A DNA stretch of 58,806 nt from Octopus sinensis (GCF_006345805.1 NW_021833670.1:1-58806); one strand, 5' to 3'; numbered from the stretch's first letter, positions 27,170 through 39,475 are shown. Made by a program: numbers and translations. Notes: generated by a model from the letters alone, not told the origin.

Positions 27170-27370
27170 ATCCAAACATGAAAACACAAAGAGAAAACAC
27201 AACAACGCGAGGGCGTGGAACATTTATAGTGTTATTGGACGCTCAGGAAAGGAAAGAAAGAAGGAGGATTTAACGTTTCGAGCGGAGCTCTTCGTCAGAA
27301 ACATACGAAAAAGGCAAGATCCAAGGAAGGGAAGACGGGGGTAAATCGCCAACGATACAGACGCGGTCAC
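27170..27370 (-). mobile_element. Probable Penelope-like terminal repeat remnant carrying a hammerhead-like motif
   Basis: Minus strand TTT-CTGACGA-A-GAGC-TCC-GCTC-GAAA-CGTT-AAA (27268-27302) followed by a pyrimidine-rich tail. The PLE assignment is inference. Confidence 0.55.
27268..27302 (-). ncRNA. Minimal type I hammerhead ribozyme-like motif
   Basis: CUGANGA and GAAA core, 4-bp stem II, palindromic AACGUU at stem III, 3-4-bp stem I. There is one extra A after A9. Confidence 0.55.
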
Positions 27371-27389
27371 ATTTTGTATATGTATGTAG

Positions 27390-27610
<221 letters not shown>

Positions 27611-27683
27611 ACTTACTCGGAAATGGGTGCGTAACGTTCAATCAAATAATAATACAAATAATATTTATATATATATATATATA

Positions 27684-28919
27684 CGAGGGACGTTCAATAA
27701 GTAATGCCCCTGACCTACTTGCAATTGTTTGATCTAGCTGAAATTTTGCATGTGCAATTATTTATATCTCTATAGACTAAGTGGCAAATTACAGCTCTGA
27801 ACTAATTGTGGTTTCTGATTTACATGTATTTGAACTTAGTCAAGTGTGAAATGGAGCCTGTTGAGTGTCGAGCAGTGATCCGGTTTTTGTATTTGAAAGG
27901 ACGCACACCACGGGAGAATTTTGATGAAATGAAAGTAACTTATGGTGATGATGCCCCATCATATGACCTTGTAAAACGCTGGCATTGTGAATTCAAACAT
28001 AGTCGGAACTCTGTGGAAACAGCTCCCAGATCTGGTCGCCCCCTTCTGCCGTTGATGAGGCGTCTGTCCGTCAAGTTGAGGCTGCCATTTTGGAAGATCG
28101 ACGCATAACTATTCGCCAAATAGCCCATGAGGTCAAGATTAGTACCGGGTCTGTGGAAACTATCATTCATGACCATTTGCATATGCAAAAGTGTCTGCCA
28201 GATGGATTCACAGTTTTCTCACACCTTTCCAGAAGCAAGAACGTGTCGAGTACTCGAAGATGAATTTGGAGATGTGCCAAGAAGATGAGTCAAACTTTCT
28301 CAAAAGACTGATTACACAGGATGAAACCTGGGTCCATCTCTATGATCCAGAGACCAAAGCCCAGTCAATGCAGTGGAAGCACCGTGACTCACCTCCTCCA
28401 AAGAAGGCAAGGGTGCAGCCCTCCACTGGCAGGGTCATGCTCACAGTCTTCTGAGACCAGGACGGAGTAGTGATGACAGATTTCCTGGCAAAGGGTACCA
28501 CAATTATAGGAGCCTATTATGCTTCACTTTTGAGGAAATTAAGAGTAGCTATCAAAATCAAGAGGCGTGGCAAGATCAGCAAAGGCATCCTCCTCCTGCA
28601 GGACAACGCTCCGGTCCACAACTCGCGTGTCGCCAGATCAGAAGCACAGGCGATTTTCACCTCTTCCCAGGCATGAAGTTGTTTTTGAAAGGAAAGAGTT
28701 TCCCAGATGATGCAGCCTTGATTTCTGAAGTCACGTCGTGGTTGGAGGACCAAGCTGGGGTCTTCTACAAAAACGGTCTTCAGAGCTGCATCAAACGATG
28801 GGAGAAATACGTAACTCTGGGTGGTTCCTATGTAGAAAAAGACTAATAACTGTGCCAAGTTTCGTTGCTCTACTCCTATGGGAAGTGGGTCAGGGGCATT
28901 ACTTATTGAACGCCCCTCG
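27684..28919 (+). mobile_element. Mariner DNA transposon, copy 1 (defective)
   Basis: TIRs CGAGGGACGTTCAATAAGTAATGCCCCTGACC / GGTCAGGGGCATTACTTATTGAACGCCCCTCG, with TA on both sides. Confidence 0.96.
27851..28846 (+). pseudogene. Mariner transposase pseudogene, copy 1
   Basis: MEPVECRAVIRFL, WIHxFL (WVPxEL-like), TQDETW, LQDNAPVH, DFHLF...GSYVEKD*. It has frameshifts, an in-frame TGA at VF(W)D, and a ~55-nt deletion removing YSPDLAPS. Confidence 0.95.
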
Positions 28920-29250
28920 TATATGTAAAGAATGAAATGTTTCGAGTGGTACAACAATGCACTATAATACAAACAATGGGCTATACACTTGTAATTTAAC
29001 CAACCATAGTCTGATGATATTTCGGAATGAAACTCTTTCCTCAGATATCCCTATTATCAGATAGATACTATTGAGAAAAAATGGGGACTAAAATGCGTGT
29101 CGCTGTTTTTCTGCGTTCTTAAATAACTAAAATGTATCTGCCATTATGTAAAACTACATGATAACGATTGTCGTCACATGAAGTGGAGCATGTATCATGC
29201 TTGCGTTAAATGTTAAATGGTTACTCGTGCTATATTTCGGGAATTGGTTT

Positions 29251-29292
<42 letters not shown>

Positions 29293-29327
29293 TATATATA
29301 TAGATATATATTATATATATATATATA

Positions 29328-30564
29328 CGAGGGACGTTCAATAAGTAATGCCCCTGACCTACTTGCAATTGTTTGATCTAGCTGAAATTTTGCATGTGCA
29401 ATTATTTATATCTCTATAGACTAAGTGGCAAATTACAGCTCTGAACTAATTGTGGTTTCTGATTTACATGTATTTGAACTTAGTCAAGTGTGAAATGGAG
29501 CCTGTTGAGTGTCGAGCAGTGATCCGGTTTTTGTATTTGAAAGGACGCACACCACGGGAGAATTTTGATGAAATGAAAGTAACTTATGGTGATGATGCCC
29601 CATCATATGACCTTGTAAAACGCTGGCATTGTGAATTCAAACATAGTCGGAACTCTGTGGAAACAGCTCCCAGATCTGGTCGCCCCCTTCTGCCGTTGAT
29701 GAGGCGTCTGTCCGTCAAGTTGAGGCTGCCATTTTGGAAGATCGACGCATAACTATTCGCCAAATAGCCCATGAGGTCAAGATTAGTACCGGGTCTGTGG
29801 AAACTATCATTCATGACCATTTGCATATGCAAAAGGTGTCTGCCAGATGGATTCACAGGTTTCTCACACCTTTCCAGAAGCAAGAACGTGTCGAGTACTC
29901 GAAGATGAATTTGGAGATGTGCCAAGAAGATGAGTCAAACTTTCTCAAAAGACTGATTACACAGGATGAAACCTGGGTCCATCTCTATGATCCAGAGACC
30001 AAAGCCCAGTCAATGCAGTGGAAGCACCGTGACTCACCTCCTCCAAAGAAGGCAAGGGTGCAGCCCTCCACTGGCAGGGTCATGCTCACAGTCTTCTGAG
30101 ACCAGGACGGAGTAGTGATGACAGATTTCCTGGCAAAGGGTACCACAATTATAGGAGCCTATTATGCTTCACTTTTGAGGAAATTAAGAGTAGCTATCAA
30201 AATCAAGAGGCGTGGCAAGATCAGCAAAGGCATCCTCCTCCTGCAGGACAACGCTCCGGTCCACAACTCGCGTGTCGCCAGATCAGAAGCACAGGCGATT
30301 TTCACCTCTTCCCAGGCATGAAGTTGTTTTTGAAAGGAAAGAGTTTCCCAGATGATGCAGCCTTGATTTCTGAAGTCACGTCGTGGTTGGAGGACCAAGT
30401 TGGGGTCTTCTACAAAAACGGTCTTCAGAGCTGCATCAAACGATGGGAGAAATACGTAACTCTGGGTGGTTCCTATGTAGAAAAAGACTAATAACTGTGC
30501 CAAGTTTCGTTGCTCTACTCCTATGGGAAGTGGGTCAGGGGCATTACTTATTGAACGCCCCTCG
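29328..30564 (+). mobile_element. Mariner DNA transposon, copy 2 (defective)
   Basis: Same TIRs and TA flanks; near-identical to copy 1. Confidence 0.96.
29495..30491 (+). pseudogene. Mariner transposase pseudogene, copy 2
   Basis: Same motifs as copy 1. It shares the RSGRP frameshift, the TGA and the deletion, but lacks the extra 1-bp deletion at QKV found in copy 1. Confidence 0.95.
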
Positions 30565-30893
30565 TATATGTAAAGAATGAAATGTTTCGAGTGGTACAAC
30601 AATGCACTATAATACAAACAATGGGCTATACACTTGTAATTTAACCAACCATAGTCTGATGATATTTCGGAATGAAACTCTTTCCTCAGATATCCCTTTA
30701 TCAGATAGATACTATTGAGAAAAAATGGGGACTAAAATGCGTGTCGCTGTTTTTCTGCGTTCTTAAATAACTAAAATGTATCTGCCATTATGTAAAACTA
30801 CATGATAACGATGTCGTCACATGAAGTGGAGCATGTATCATGCTTGCGTTAAATGTTAAATGGTTACTCGTGCTATATTTCGGGAATTGGTTT

Positions 30894-30959
<66 letters not shown>

Positions 30960-30962
<3 letters not shown>

Positions 30963-31555
30963 TTGTGCGTTCCATTTTTGTGCTTATTATTTTAGCTGTT
31001 CATTGTGGCTGTACGTACCATGTTTTCGCTAACTGGACAAAGGAGCTTGATGTTGAAAGACCCAAAACTTACGCATCTTAGAGCATCCATGAGAGATGCA
31101 TCTTGGTTGTATGTATCATGTTTTCGCTCATTGCTTTAGGTGCTCATTATGGTCATGCGTACCATTTTTCTGCTAATTTCTATTGGCTCCGTGTCGTACC
31201 ATGCTTTTGGTAATTGTTTTAGATGCTCCTGGTAGTTATATGTATCATTTTTCGCTCATTGTTTTAGGCGCATATTATGGTTGTACGTACCATTGTTTTG
31301 CTAATTGTCTTACGTGCTCCTTGTGGTTGTCCGTAATAGTTTTTCGTTCATTATTTTAGATGCACGTTATGGTTGTACGTACCATTTTTCGCTTATTGCT
31401 TTAGGCTCTGCTTGTGGTTGTACTACCTCGCTTTCGCTCATTGCTTTAGGTACTCTTTGTAGTTGTACCTAACAGTCTTTCGCTCATTGTTTTAGGTGCC
31501 TTCTGTGTTTGCATGTACCATGCTTTCACAAGTTGTTTTAGGTGCTTCTTGTATT
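30960..31555. repeat. Degenerate 45-46-bp minisatellite
   Basis: Consensus approximately TGTGGTTGTACGTACCATGTTTTCGCTCATTGTTTTAGGTGCTC, repeated about a dozen times. Confidence 0.8.
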
Positions 31556-31584
31556 TGTATTTGTATTTGTATGTGTAGTAATTG

Positions 31585-31632
31585 TAGCAGCAGCAGCAAA
31601 GGCCGCAGCAGCAGCAGCAGCAGTATTAGTAT

Positions 31633-31690
<58 letters not shown>

Positions 31691-32442
31691 GGTGGTGGTG
31701 GTGGTGGTGGTGGTAGTGGTAGTAGTAGTAGTAGTATTAGTTGTTGTTGTTGTCTTAAACGTGTTTTACCATGTCGGTGGTTTTTGTCGGTAGTATTGAT
31801 CACAGTTGTAACAGTTGCAGTAGCGGCTGCAGTATTGGCGCTATCGACGAGAGGCTGTACAGTAGTGGAGGTAGTCGTAGTGGTGATACAGATTGTTGCA
31901 GTAGTATTTGAAGAATAGTGTAATTGCAGTGGGTGTGGTGGTGGTGGTGGTAGTGGTGGTGGTGACGGTGGTGGTAATGGTGGTGATGGTTATGGTGGTA
32001 ATGGTGATGATGGCGTTAGTGATCGTGGTGATGGTGGTAGTGTTGGTGCAGTACTGTTTGTTGTTGAGTTAGTTGTTTTGTTGAGGCTGTAGTTGCAATG
32101 GTGGTAATGGTGGTGGTAGTAGTAGTGGTAGTGATGGGAGTGGCATTGATTATTTTTGTGGCTGTAGTAGTAGTAGTAGTAGTAGTAGTTGTTGTTGTTG
32201 TTGCTGTTGTTGCTGTTTTGGTATTGTTATTGTTGCTGATGTTGTGGTATTCTAGAAGGTGATTGTGGAAGCTCTGGTGGTGGTGGTGGTGGTGGTGGGA
32301 GTATGGTGGTGGTAGTGGTGGTGGTGGTGGCGGCGGCGGCGGCGGCGGTGGCGGCGGTGGCAGCGGTGGCGGTGGTTGTGGTGGTGGTGGCGGTGGTTGT
32401 GGTGATGATGGTGGTGGTGGCGGTGGTATTGATCGTTGTTGC

Positions 32443-32495
<53 letters not shown>

Positions 32496-32540
32496 TAGTA
32501 GTAGTAGTAGTAGTAAGTAGTAGTAGTAGTAGTAGTTGAT
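31585..32540. repeat. AGC/AGT/GGT/GGC trinucleotide mosaic
   Basis: Direct reading. Confidence 0.95.
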
Positions 32541-32842
32541 TTTGCTGTTGTGGAAGAGGTGACGGTGGGTTTGGCGGGTTTTTTTGCAAGTCTAGGAGCT
32601 TTTTTAAACGACAAATGTTCTAATTACTTGATATCATTATATTTAATTATTGATTTATAATTATTATCTTCATTATAAAAATAAAATCAACTCGAAAAAT
32701 AGATACAGTGAAAAAAATATTAAGATTCATTTCGAAAAACAAGATGGCAGTAATTAACGTCCTAGCAGTTGTAGTGATAAGCGAGCTACAAATTCATCGT
32801 GGTAAACAACAATTTTTGAGAGATAAATAATAAGAATATAAT

Positions 32843-33046
32843 CCTTTTTAGTAAAGGCACAAGGCCTGAAATTTTATGGAAGGGGGACAATTCGATGACA
32901 TTGACCCCAGTATTTTATTCGTACTTAATTTATCGACCTCGAAAGGATGAAAGGCAAAGTCAACCTCGGAGGAATTTGAACTCAGAACATAGCGACGGGC
33001 GAGATACCGCTGAACATTACGTCCAGCATGCTAACGATTTTTGCCA
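32843..33046 (-). mobile_element. SINE family B, tail variant 2
   Basis: Reverse complement carries the core and the AAATTTCAGGCCTTGTGCCTTTACTAAAA tail. Confidence 0.82.
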
Positions 33047-33080
33047 ATAATAATAATGATAATAATAATAATAATAATAA

Positions 33081-33636
33081 ATGCCCTGATGCAGTACCAG
33101 GCAGTGGCTCTCATGGCTTCTGATCTTAACTGATTGGAAGTGCTATCATGTACATTGTTTTGTCTTGGTATAAAAGATGGGCTACAGCAAATATTCTGCT
33201 CAATACCACAGATTTGCTTGTCAGTTGCTTGACCTTAACCAGTTGAGCATGTCCCTTAGTGGCTGACGATATGTGCATCTCTGATCACGAGCAGAAGTAG
33301 TGGGGGAGCATCATAGCCATGTGTTGAGAGGGATTCTTTGGGGTTTGAATAGTTCACCTCTGGAAACATGGGTGGTTCTTTCAACATCCTTAAACAACCC
33401 TTATTCAGGGACCGTTTGAGCGGGATGGGCTACTCAACCTGAAGAAAATTCTAACTGGGCCCCACCTGCAAGGTCATATGCTGTTTATCTTGATATGAGA
33501 TCACCATGTCGCACACATATGGTTGTGATGCATGTGCCTGGTGTACCTTTATCAGACGGGTAGTCATGATGGGTATATTGGGCTTCGTATATTTTACCCC
33601 AGTGTCACTTTGATGGCATGAACTGCTCTCTCACTC
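33081..33636 (+). mobile_element. 556-bp non-coding interspersed element flanked by (AAT)n, copy 1
   Basis: ATGCCCTGATGCAG...CTCTCTCACTC, with (AAT)n on both sides; inverted copy at 33824-34379. Confidence 0.9.
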
Positions 33637-33655
33637 AATAATAATAATAATAATA

Positions 33656-33733
<78 letters not shown>

Positions 33734-33823
33734 TTTTATGTTTAACTTTTGCTTTACATTTGTACAAGTCTCACCCAGAGACCTCAAGAGACAATAAGTT
33801 GGAAGTTCATTATTATTATTATT

Positions 33824-34377
33824 GAGTGAGAGAGCAGTTCATGCCATCAAAGTGACACTGGGGTAAAATATACGAAGCCCAATATACCCATCATGACTAC
33901 CCGTCTGATAAAGGTACACCAGGCACATGCATCACAACCATATGTGCGCGACATGGTGATCTCATATCAAGATAAACAGCACATGACCTTGCAGGTGGGG
34001 CCCAGTTAGAATTTTCTTCAGGTTGAGTAGCCCATCTCGCTCAAACGGTCCCTGAATAAGGGTTGTTTAAGGATGTTGAAAGAACCACCCATGTTTCCAG
34101 AGGTGAACTATTCAAACCCCAAAGAATCCCTCTCAACACATGGCTATGATGCTCCCCCACTACTTCTGCTCGTGATCAGAGATGCACATATCGTCAGCCA
34201 CTAAGGGACATGCTCAACTGGTTAAGGTCAAACAACTGACAAGCAAATCTGTGGTATTGAGCAGAATATTTGCTGTAGCCCATCTTTTATACCAAGACAA
34301 AACAATGTACATGATAACACTTCCAATCAGTTAAGATCAGAAGTCATGAGAGCCACTGCCTGGTACTGCATCAGGGC

Positions 34378-34379
<2 letters not shown>
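33824..34379 (-). mobile_element. 556-bp element, copy 2 (inverted)
   Basis: Manual comparison gives the same ends and 6 mismatches in 556 bp versus copy 1, all transitions. Confidence 0.9.
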
Positions 34380-34467
<88 letters not shown>

Positions 34468-34477
34468 CATTATTATT

Positions 34478-34950
34478 TGCTGAGTATGATGGAAAGTGTC
34501 AGCTGCCCACAGCCAGCAGACTACGGTGACGCTTGTTTAGTGGCCATGCTTCAAGAACCCTGCAAAGAATTCTTGCAGTTCCAAGCAATGCAGATTTTTG
34601 CAGGTGTTCCATCCTTACGTTTGTAGCAATCTTTTTGAGCCATGCTGGTAGTCGAGTGCTGTTACTTCCAAGTGGGCCAGTTACTGTTGTTATCAGGTCT
34701 ACTCGCCTCGTTGACCACAACCTTCGTATTTCCCACATCAAACCGTCGTAGGTGTTCATTTTTCTTCTTTCGTTTTGATCCTGTTGTGACCAGGACATGC
34801 TACGTTGATTATCATGCAATTTTTTTTTTCTTTTTCATTCACCACAACAATGTCCGGTTTCCGATATCTGGTCAGGTGATCCCACTGAATCATTACATCT
34901 CACAGGATTTTGCAATCTTCATTCTCGGTCACTACTTCTCGGATTTGCTC
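34478..34950 (-). mobile_element. 5'-truncated R4/Dong-like non-LTR retrotransposon (RLE endonuclease 3' end) in (TAA)n
   Basis: ENEDCKIL*DVMIQWDHLTRYRKPDIVVVNEKEKKNCMIINVACP..[frameshift]..MNTYDGLMWEIRRLW..GPLG..LQKSALLGTARILCRVLEA. This is a PD-(D/E)xK-type C-terminus, with TAA arrays on both sides. Confidence 0.85.
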
Positions 34951-35010
34951 ATTATTATTACTATCGTTATTATTACTATCGTTATTATTACTATCGTTAT
35001 TATCACTATC

Positions 35011-35051
<41 letters not shown>

Positions 35052-35055
35052 TATT

Positions 35056-35153
<98 letters not shown>

Positions 35154-35222
35154 CATTATTATTATTATTATTATCATTATTATTATTATCATCATCATCA
35201 TCATTATTATTATTATTATTAC

Positions 35223-35288
<66 letters not shown>
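34951..35288. repeat. (ATT)n/(ATC)n microsatellite
   Basis: Direct reading. Confidence 0.97.
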
Positions 35289-37289
35289 TCTGATTTAGGT
35301 ATAAAACTTGCAGTTTTGAAGGGGTGGGGTATTAGTCGATACCATTTGATACCATTTACTCGACTGGTACCTTAGTTCATCGACTCCAAAAAGGATGTAA
35401 GAGAAAATTATCTCGGCAGGATTTTGGACTCAAAACATAAAGAGCCGGAACAAATACAGCAAGGCAAATAAATATGAAAAAAAAAACAGCAAGAAAATCC
35501 ATTAGCTTTGGAAATATCACCTAATTTTAAGTACATAACCCAAAAACTAACTCACACGTCCCGAGCGAATATTTGAAGCAAGAATATAGACTCAATAAAG
35601 TGGTATTTAAAACTGAAAGGATCAGATATGATGCTGGATTCTAAAACAATATAAGGACATTATGCTCTTATACGATATTGTAAATACCCTCAACAACAAA
35701 AAAAAAGAGAGGAAAAGATAGTCCCATTTAACGATACAAAGAAGCACAAATGAATTTAGCGTAAATTCTTTAAAAAGCACAAATAGATAAATTCTCAGAA
35801 ATTCTTTAAAATCCACAAATACTTACCAGCCGAAGCACATACACTGCACTAAGCATAGATACACTAAAAGAATTTAGAGAATTAAAGCATTGAAGGAAGG
35901 ATTAAAATAGAAAGCAATCGAGAAAACGAAAGCAGCTTAGAAATGGAAATACGATGCACGAAAAAAATTTAAGACGTTTCAATAAACCAGATTATTAGTA
36001 CAAACAACAGAACCAGAACTGGCTCTAAGGATCACATTTGAAAAGGTGCCTGAAATCCCTATAATTAGGACCAGCGTCTCAAGATTAGATCTATTCAGAG
36101 GCATATTCTGCTTCAGAATATAAAGTTGGAATTTTGTGTGTGCTCTGTTTAATGAAACCGTCCGCCATATTGCAGCTGGCTGCCTCGCATTGGCTGTGAT
36201 AGAGTAAATCAGGAAATATGGAAGGGTTGCTACAAATTTTGATTGAAAGATATGAAAAGAGATAAAATCCTCGACAGCATAAAAATGTTATGAAACGTGT
36301 TCCGGAGACAATGAAAGACTATGAAAATGTGATATTTGAGATATAGAACACGTGCCCTTTCCATGTCTTCCCACGTTTTGGATGAATATGAACGAGTTAA
36401 GTATACATGTACACGTCTATATTTTAATCGCCGCAGTTTGGTGTGCATCTATGGAAACAAAGGAAGACAATAATTTAAAAAGAAACTATTATTATGAAAG
36501 ACAAGAGATTCATATCTTGTTCACTGATTGGCTTGTGCAAATCATAATAAAAATGTTGTAAAGGAGGTTGAAAGGTATAAAAACTTGAATCATCCACCCC
36601 ATACTAACTGGCTGCTCTTCATTGGCCATCTTAGAATATATCAAATGTATTAGGATTGCTATAAATTTCAACTGCAGAAAAATCTTACAAAACATGTCCC
36701 AGATGCAGTGAAAGAATATGAAAATGGCGTGATTCTTTGAGACATGGAAGTATAAGGAAGCAATAATTTAAAAGTGTACCATCATTAAAAGAACGACAAA
36801 AGATCCAGGTCTTATATAGTAACTGTTTGGTTCGTTTAAAACTTTGATAACGTCTCTGTAAAGGAAATTGAAAATCTCTCCAGATATAAAAATCTGAACA
36901 TTGAAATAAAGATATAAAGATCTGAACATTGAAATAAAGACTGTAGTGGAGCGTAGACAATATAGGTCTATATGTGAAATATAGTTCCATGATACATCTC
37001 AGGGATGCTCTGGGATGCGTCATCAGTGATGTTAATCAGATCTCAGTGGATTTCGGTCTTTCAACATTGGGGTTCTGTCGTCCAGTTAACCCAACCAGGA
37101 TTGATCAATTCCCAGCTTGCATCCCAGAAACAGCAAACCACCGATCTGGTCTTCTTTGTTCAAACTCATAATGTGACCGTCCCTGCAGTCTTAGTAATGG
37201 AATTTGTAACCCTCTCCCTCCCACCACCCACCTACATTTTTGCTGTGCCTGTATCTCTAAGCCTGTTCAGAGGTTTGCAGAATAAACGT

Positions 37290-37495
37290 CCTACCAAACC
37301 CTGGCAGCTCACTTCGGTGTGTATCTATTTGTGGAATACAAACGCAAGAATGCTTGCAGTCATTAGAGGAATCCCAAGAGATGCGTAGGAATCAGCTAAC
37401 AAAAAAAAAACTCAAAGAATCGTCCAGAAAATAATGTGTATAGATGAAATGCAGAAAACGGCACTCCTAGGAAATGTCCAAATTCTGCCTGAAAA
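37290..37495 (+). pseudogene. Very degenerate RLE-LINE C-terminal fragment
   Basis: LWNTNARMLAVIRG and EMQKTALLGNVQIL resemble LW..K..VIPVVIG and LQKxALLGTARIL. Confidence 0.4.
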
Positions 37496-37537
37496 TGAAA
37501 TAAATATGAAATAAATATGAAATAAAAAAAAACAATA

Positions 37538-37701
37538 GGCGTAGGAGTGGCTGTGTGGTAAGTATCTTGCTTACCAGCCACATGGTTCCGGGTTCAGTCC
37601 CACTGCGTGGCACCGTGGGCAAGTGTCTTCTACTATAGCCTCGGGCCGACCAAAGCCTTGTGAGTGGATTTGGTAGACGGAAACTGAAAAGAAGCCCATC
37701 G

Positions 37702-37783
<82 letters not shown>

Positions 37784-38022
37784 ATGTGTGTGTGTGTGTG
37801 TGGTGTGTGTGTGTATGTTTGTATATCTGTATTTGTCCCCCCAACATCGCTTTACAACCGATGCTGGTGTGTTTACGTCCCCGTAACTCAGCGGTTCGGC
37901 AAAAGAGACCGATAGAATAAGTACTGGGCTTACAAAGAATAAGTCCAGGGGTCGATTTGCTCGAATGAAGGCGGTGCTCCAGCATGGCCGCAGTCACATG
38001 ACTGAAACAAGTAAAAGAGTAA
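37538..38022 (+). mobile_element. SINE family A, full length (tRNA-like head, CORE-like GGGCAAGTG motif, internal TA/TG microsatellite)
   Basis: A-box-like TGGCTGTGTGG, B-box-like GGTTCAGTCC, GTGGGCAAGTGTCTT, tail ending GTAAAAGAGT. Confidence 0.92.
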
Positions 38023-38184
38023 ATATATAATAAATTGTACTCACATAAGAGCTAAAGAAAGGACTGATGGACTAAAGTACGAATGCCGAGTAATCTTAAC
38101 GTGATAATATTCAAATGCTTAGGATGACGATCATTATGATTATATTAACGATAATTAATACTAGAATTATTGTAATTGTTGTTG

Positions 38185-38219
<35 letters not shown>

Positions 38220-38399
38220 ACTGCAGTTGTTATCATACTTACTGTTAATTATTATAATTATCTTTTCCGTAGAGATAATTATTTTTATGCTACTTTTATC
38301 ATTTTTATCATCGCTATTACTAATATCGTAATTATTATTAAATTCATCATCATGATTATTATCATCCTCATCGTTGTCATCGTCATCGACGCCGTCGTC

Positions 38400-38420
38400 A
38401 TCATCATCATCATCATCATC

Positions 38421-38454
<34 letters not shown>

Positions 38455-38830
38455 TTCATCATCATCGCATCATCGCCATTCACTTCATCAATGCCATTAT
38501 CATCATCGCACTATCAGTGTCGTCTTCTCCAATATTTCCATCATCATCATCATCATCATCATCATTGTCGTCGTCGTCGTCATCGTCATCGTCATCATCG
38601 TATCATCACCATTCACTTCATCAATGCCATTATCATCATTGCACTATCAGTGTCGTCTTCTCCAATATTTCCATCATCATCATCATCATCATCAACATCA
38701 TTGTCGTCGTAGTCGTCGTCATCGTCATCATCGTATCATCACCATTCACTTCATTAATGCCATTATCACAATCGCACTATCTGTGTTGTCTTCATCATTA
38801 TCGTCATCATCGTCGTAGTCGTCGTTGTCA
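38400..38830. repeat. ~133-bp higher-order repeat built from CAT/CGT triplets (3 copies)
   Basis: CACTTCAT at 38481, 38614 and 38747. Confidence 0.85.
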
Positions 38831-39130
38831 TCACTGTCAGCTCCGCTGTTATTGTTCCCGCCTCTATTTCGATGCCCCAGCACTACAATCAATCCTATTA
38901 GCAACACCAGTGAGAGAGAGTGTGCCTCTCTGTGTTGTCAGTTGATCTGCTAGAAACAGCAGCCAAACCCTCACATTTAAAAAGGATGTACACATCTGAT
39001 AATGCTAAAACAAAGTCTCTTTGATCAGACTCGACCTAGAGTGACACAACAAGAAGAAAAGCAACAAAAATAGTATTAACATATCATCATCATCATCATC
39101 ATCGTCGTCGTCGTCGTCGTTGTCGTCGTC

Positions 39131-39475
39131 ATTGGAAGAGACCCTCTTCGGTCATGAATGACTATGGGATTGCACCTAGAAAGTTACCCGCCTAGGCACA
39201 AGTCCGGGCAAGGTTGTTTGTGGAAGACCAGCAGTCGCCCATGCGTACCAGACTCCTCCTCTCCACACCACTGATGTTATCCAAGGGAAAGGTAAAGGGG
39301 TCGATACAGCTTGGCACCAGTGATGTCGCACTCATTTCCACAGCTGAGTTAACTGGAACAACTTAAAATAAAGTGTCTCGCTCAAGAACACAACACGCAG
39401 CCCGGTCCGAGAATCGAACTCATAACCTCACGATCGTAAGCTCGACGCTCTAACCACTGAGCCATGCGCCTTCAC
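39131..39475 (-). mobile_element. tRNA-derived SINE family C with a (GAC/GAT)n tail
   Basis: Reverse complement GTGAAGGCGCATGGCTCAGTGGTTAGAGCG...GAGTTCGATTCTCGG (A and B boxes), then GTGTTGTGTTCTTGAGCGAGACAC. Confidence 0.85.

Noticed and set aside
29004-29075. CTGATGA..GAAA hammerhead-like core in the duplicated flank
   Set aside because: No compatible stem I/III or NUH triplet could be drawn.
28517-30617. 151-aa minus-strand ORFs at the mariner ends
   Set aside because: They are antisense to the transposase pseudogenes.
30960-31555. Minisatellite as a mucin-like coding repeat (APKTMSE...)
   Set aside because: Measured units are 46, 46 and 45 bp, so the frame is not preserved.
33081-33200. 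HDV-like ribozyme at the 5' end of the 556-bp element
   Set aside because: No P1 partner in the required nested-pseudoknot order was found by eye.
35500-36070. A-rich stretch suggestive of a decayed retroelement ORF
   Set aside because: No diagnostic motif could be read in any frame.
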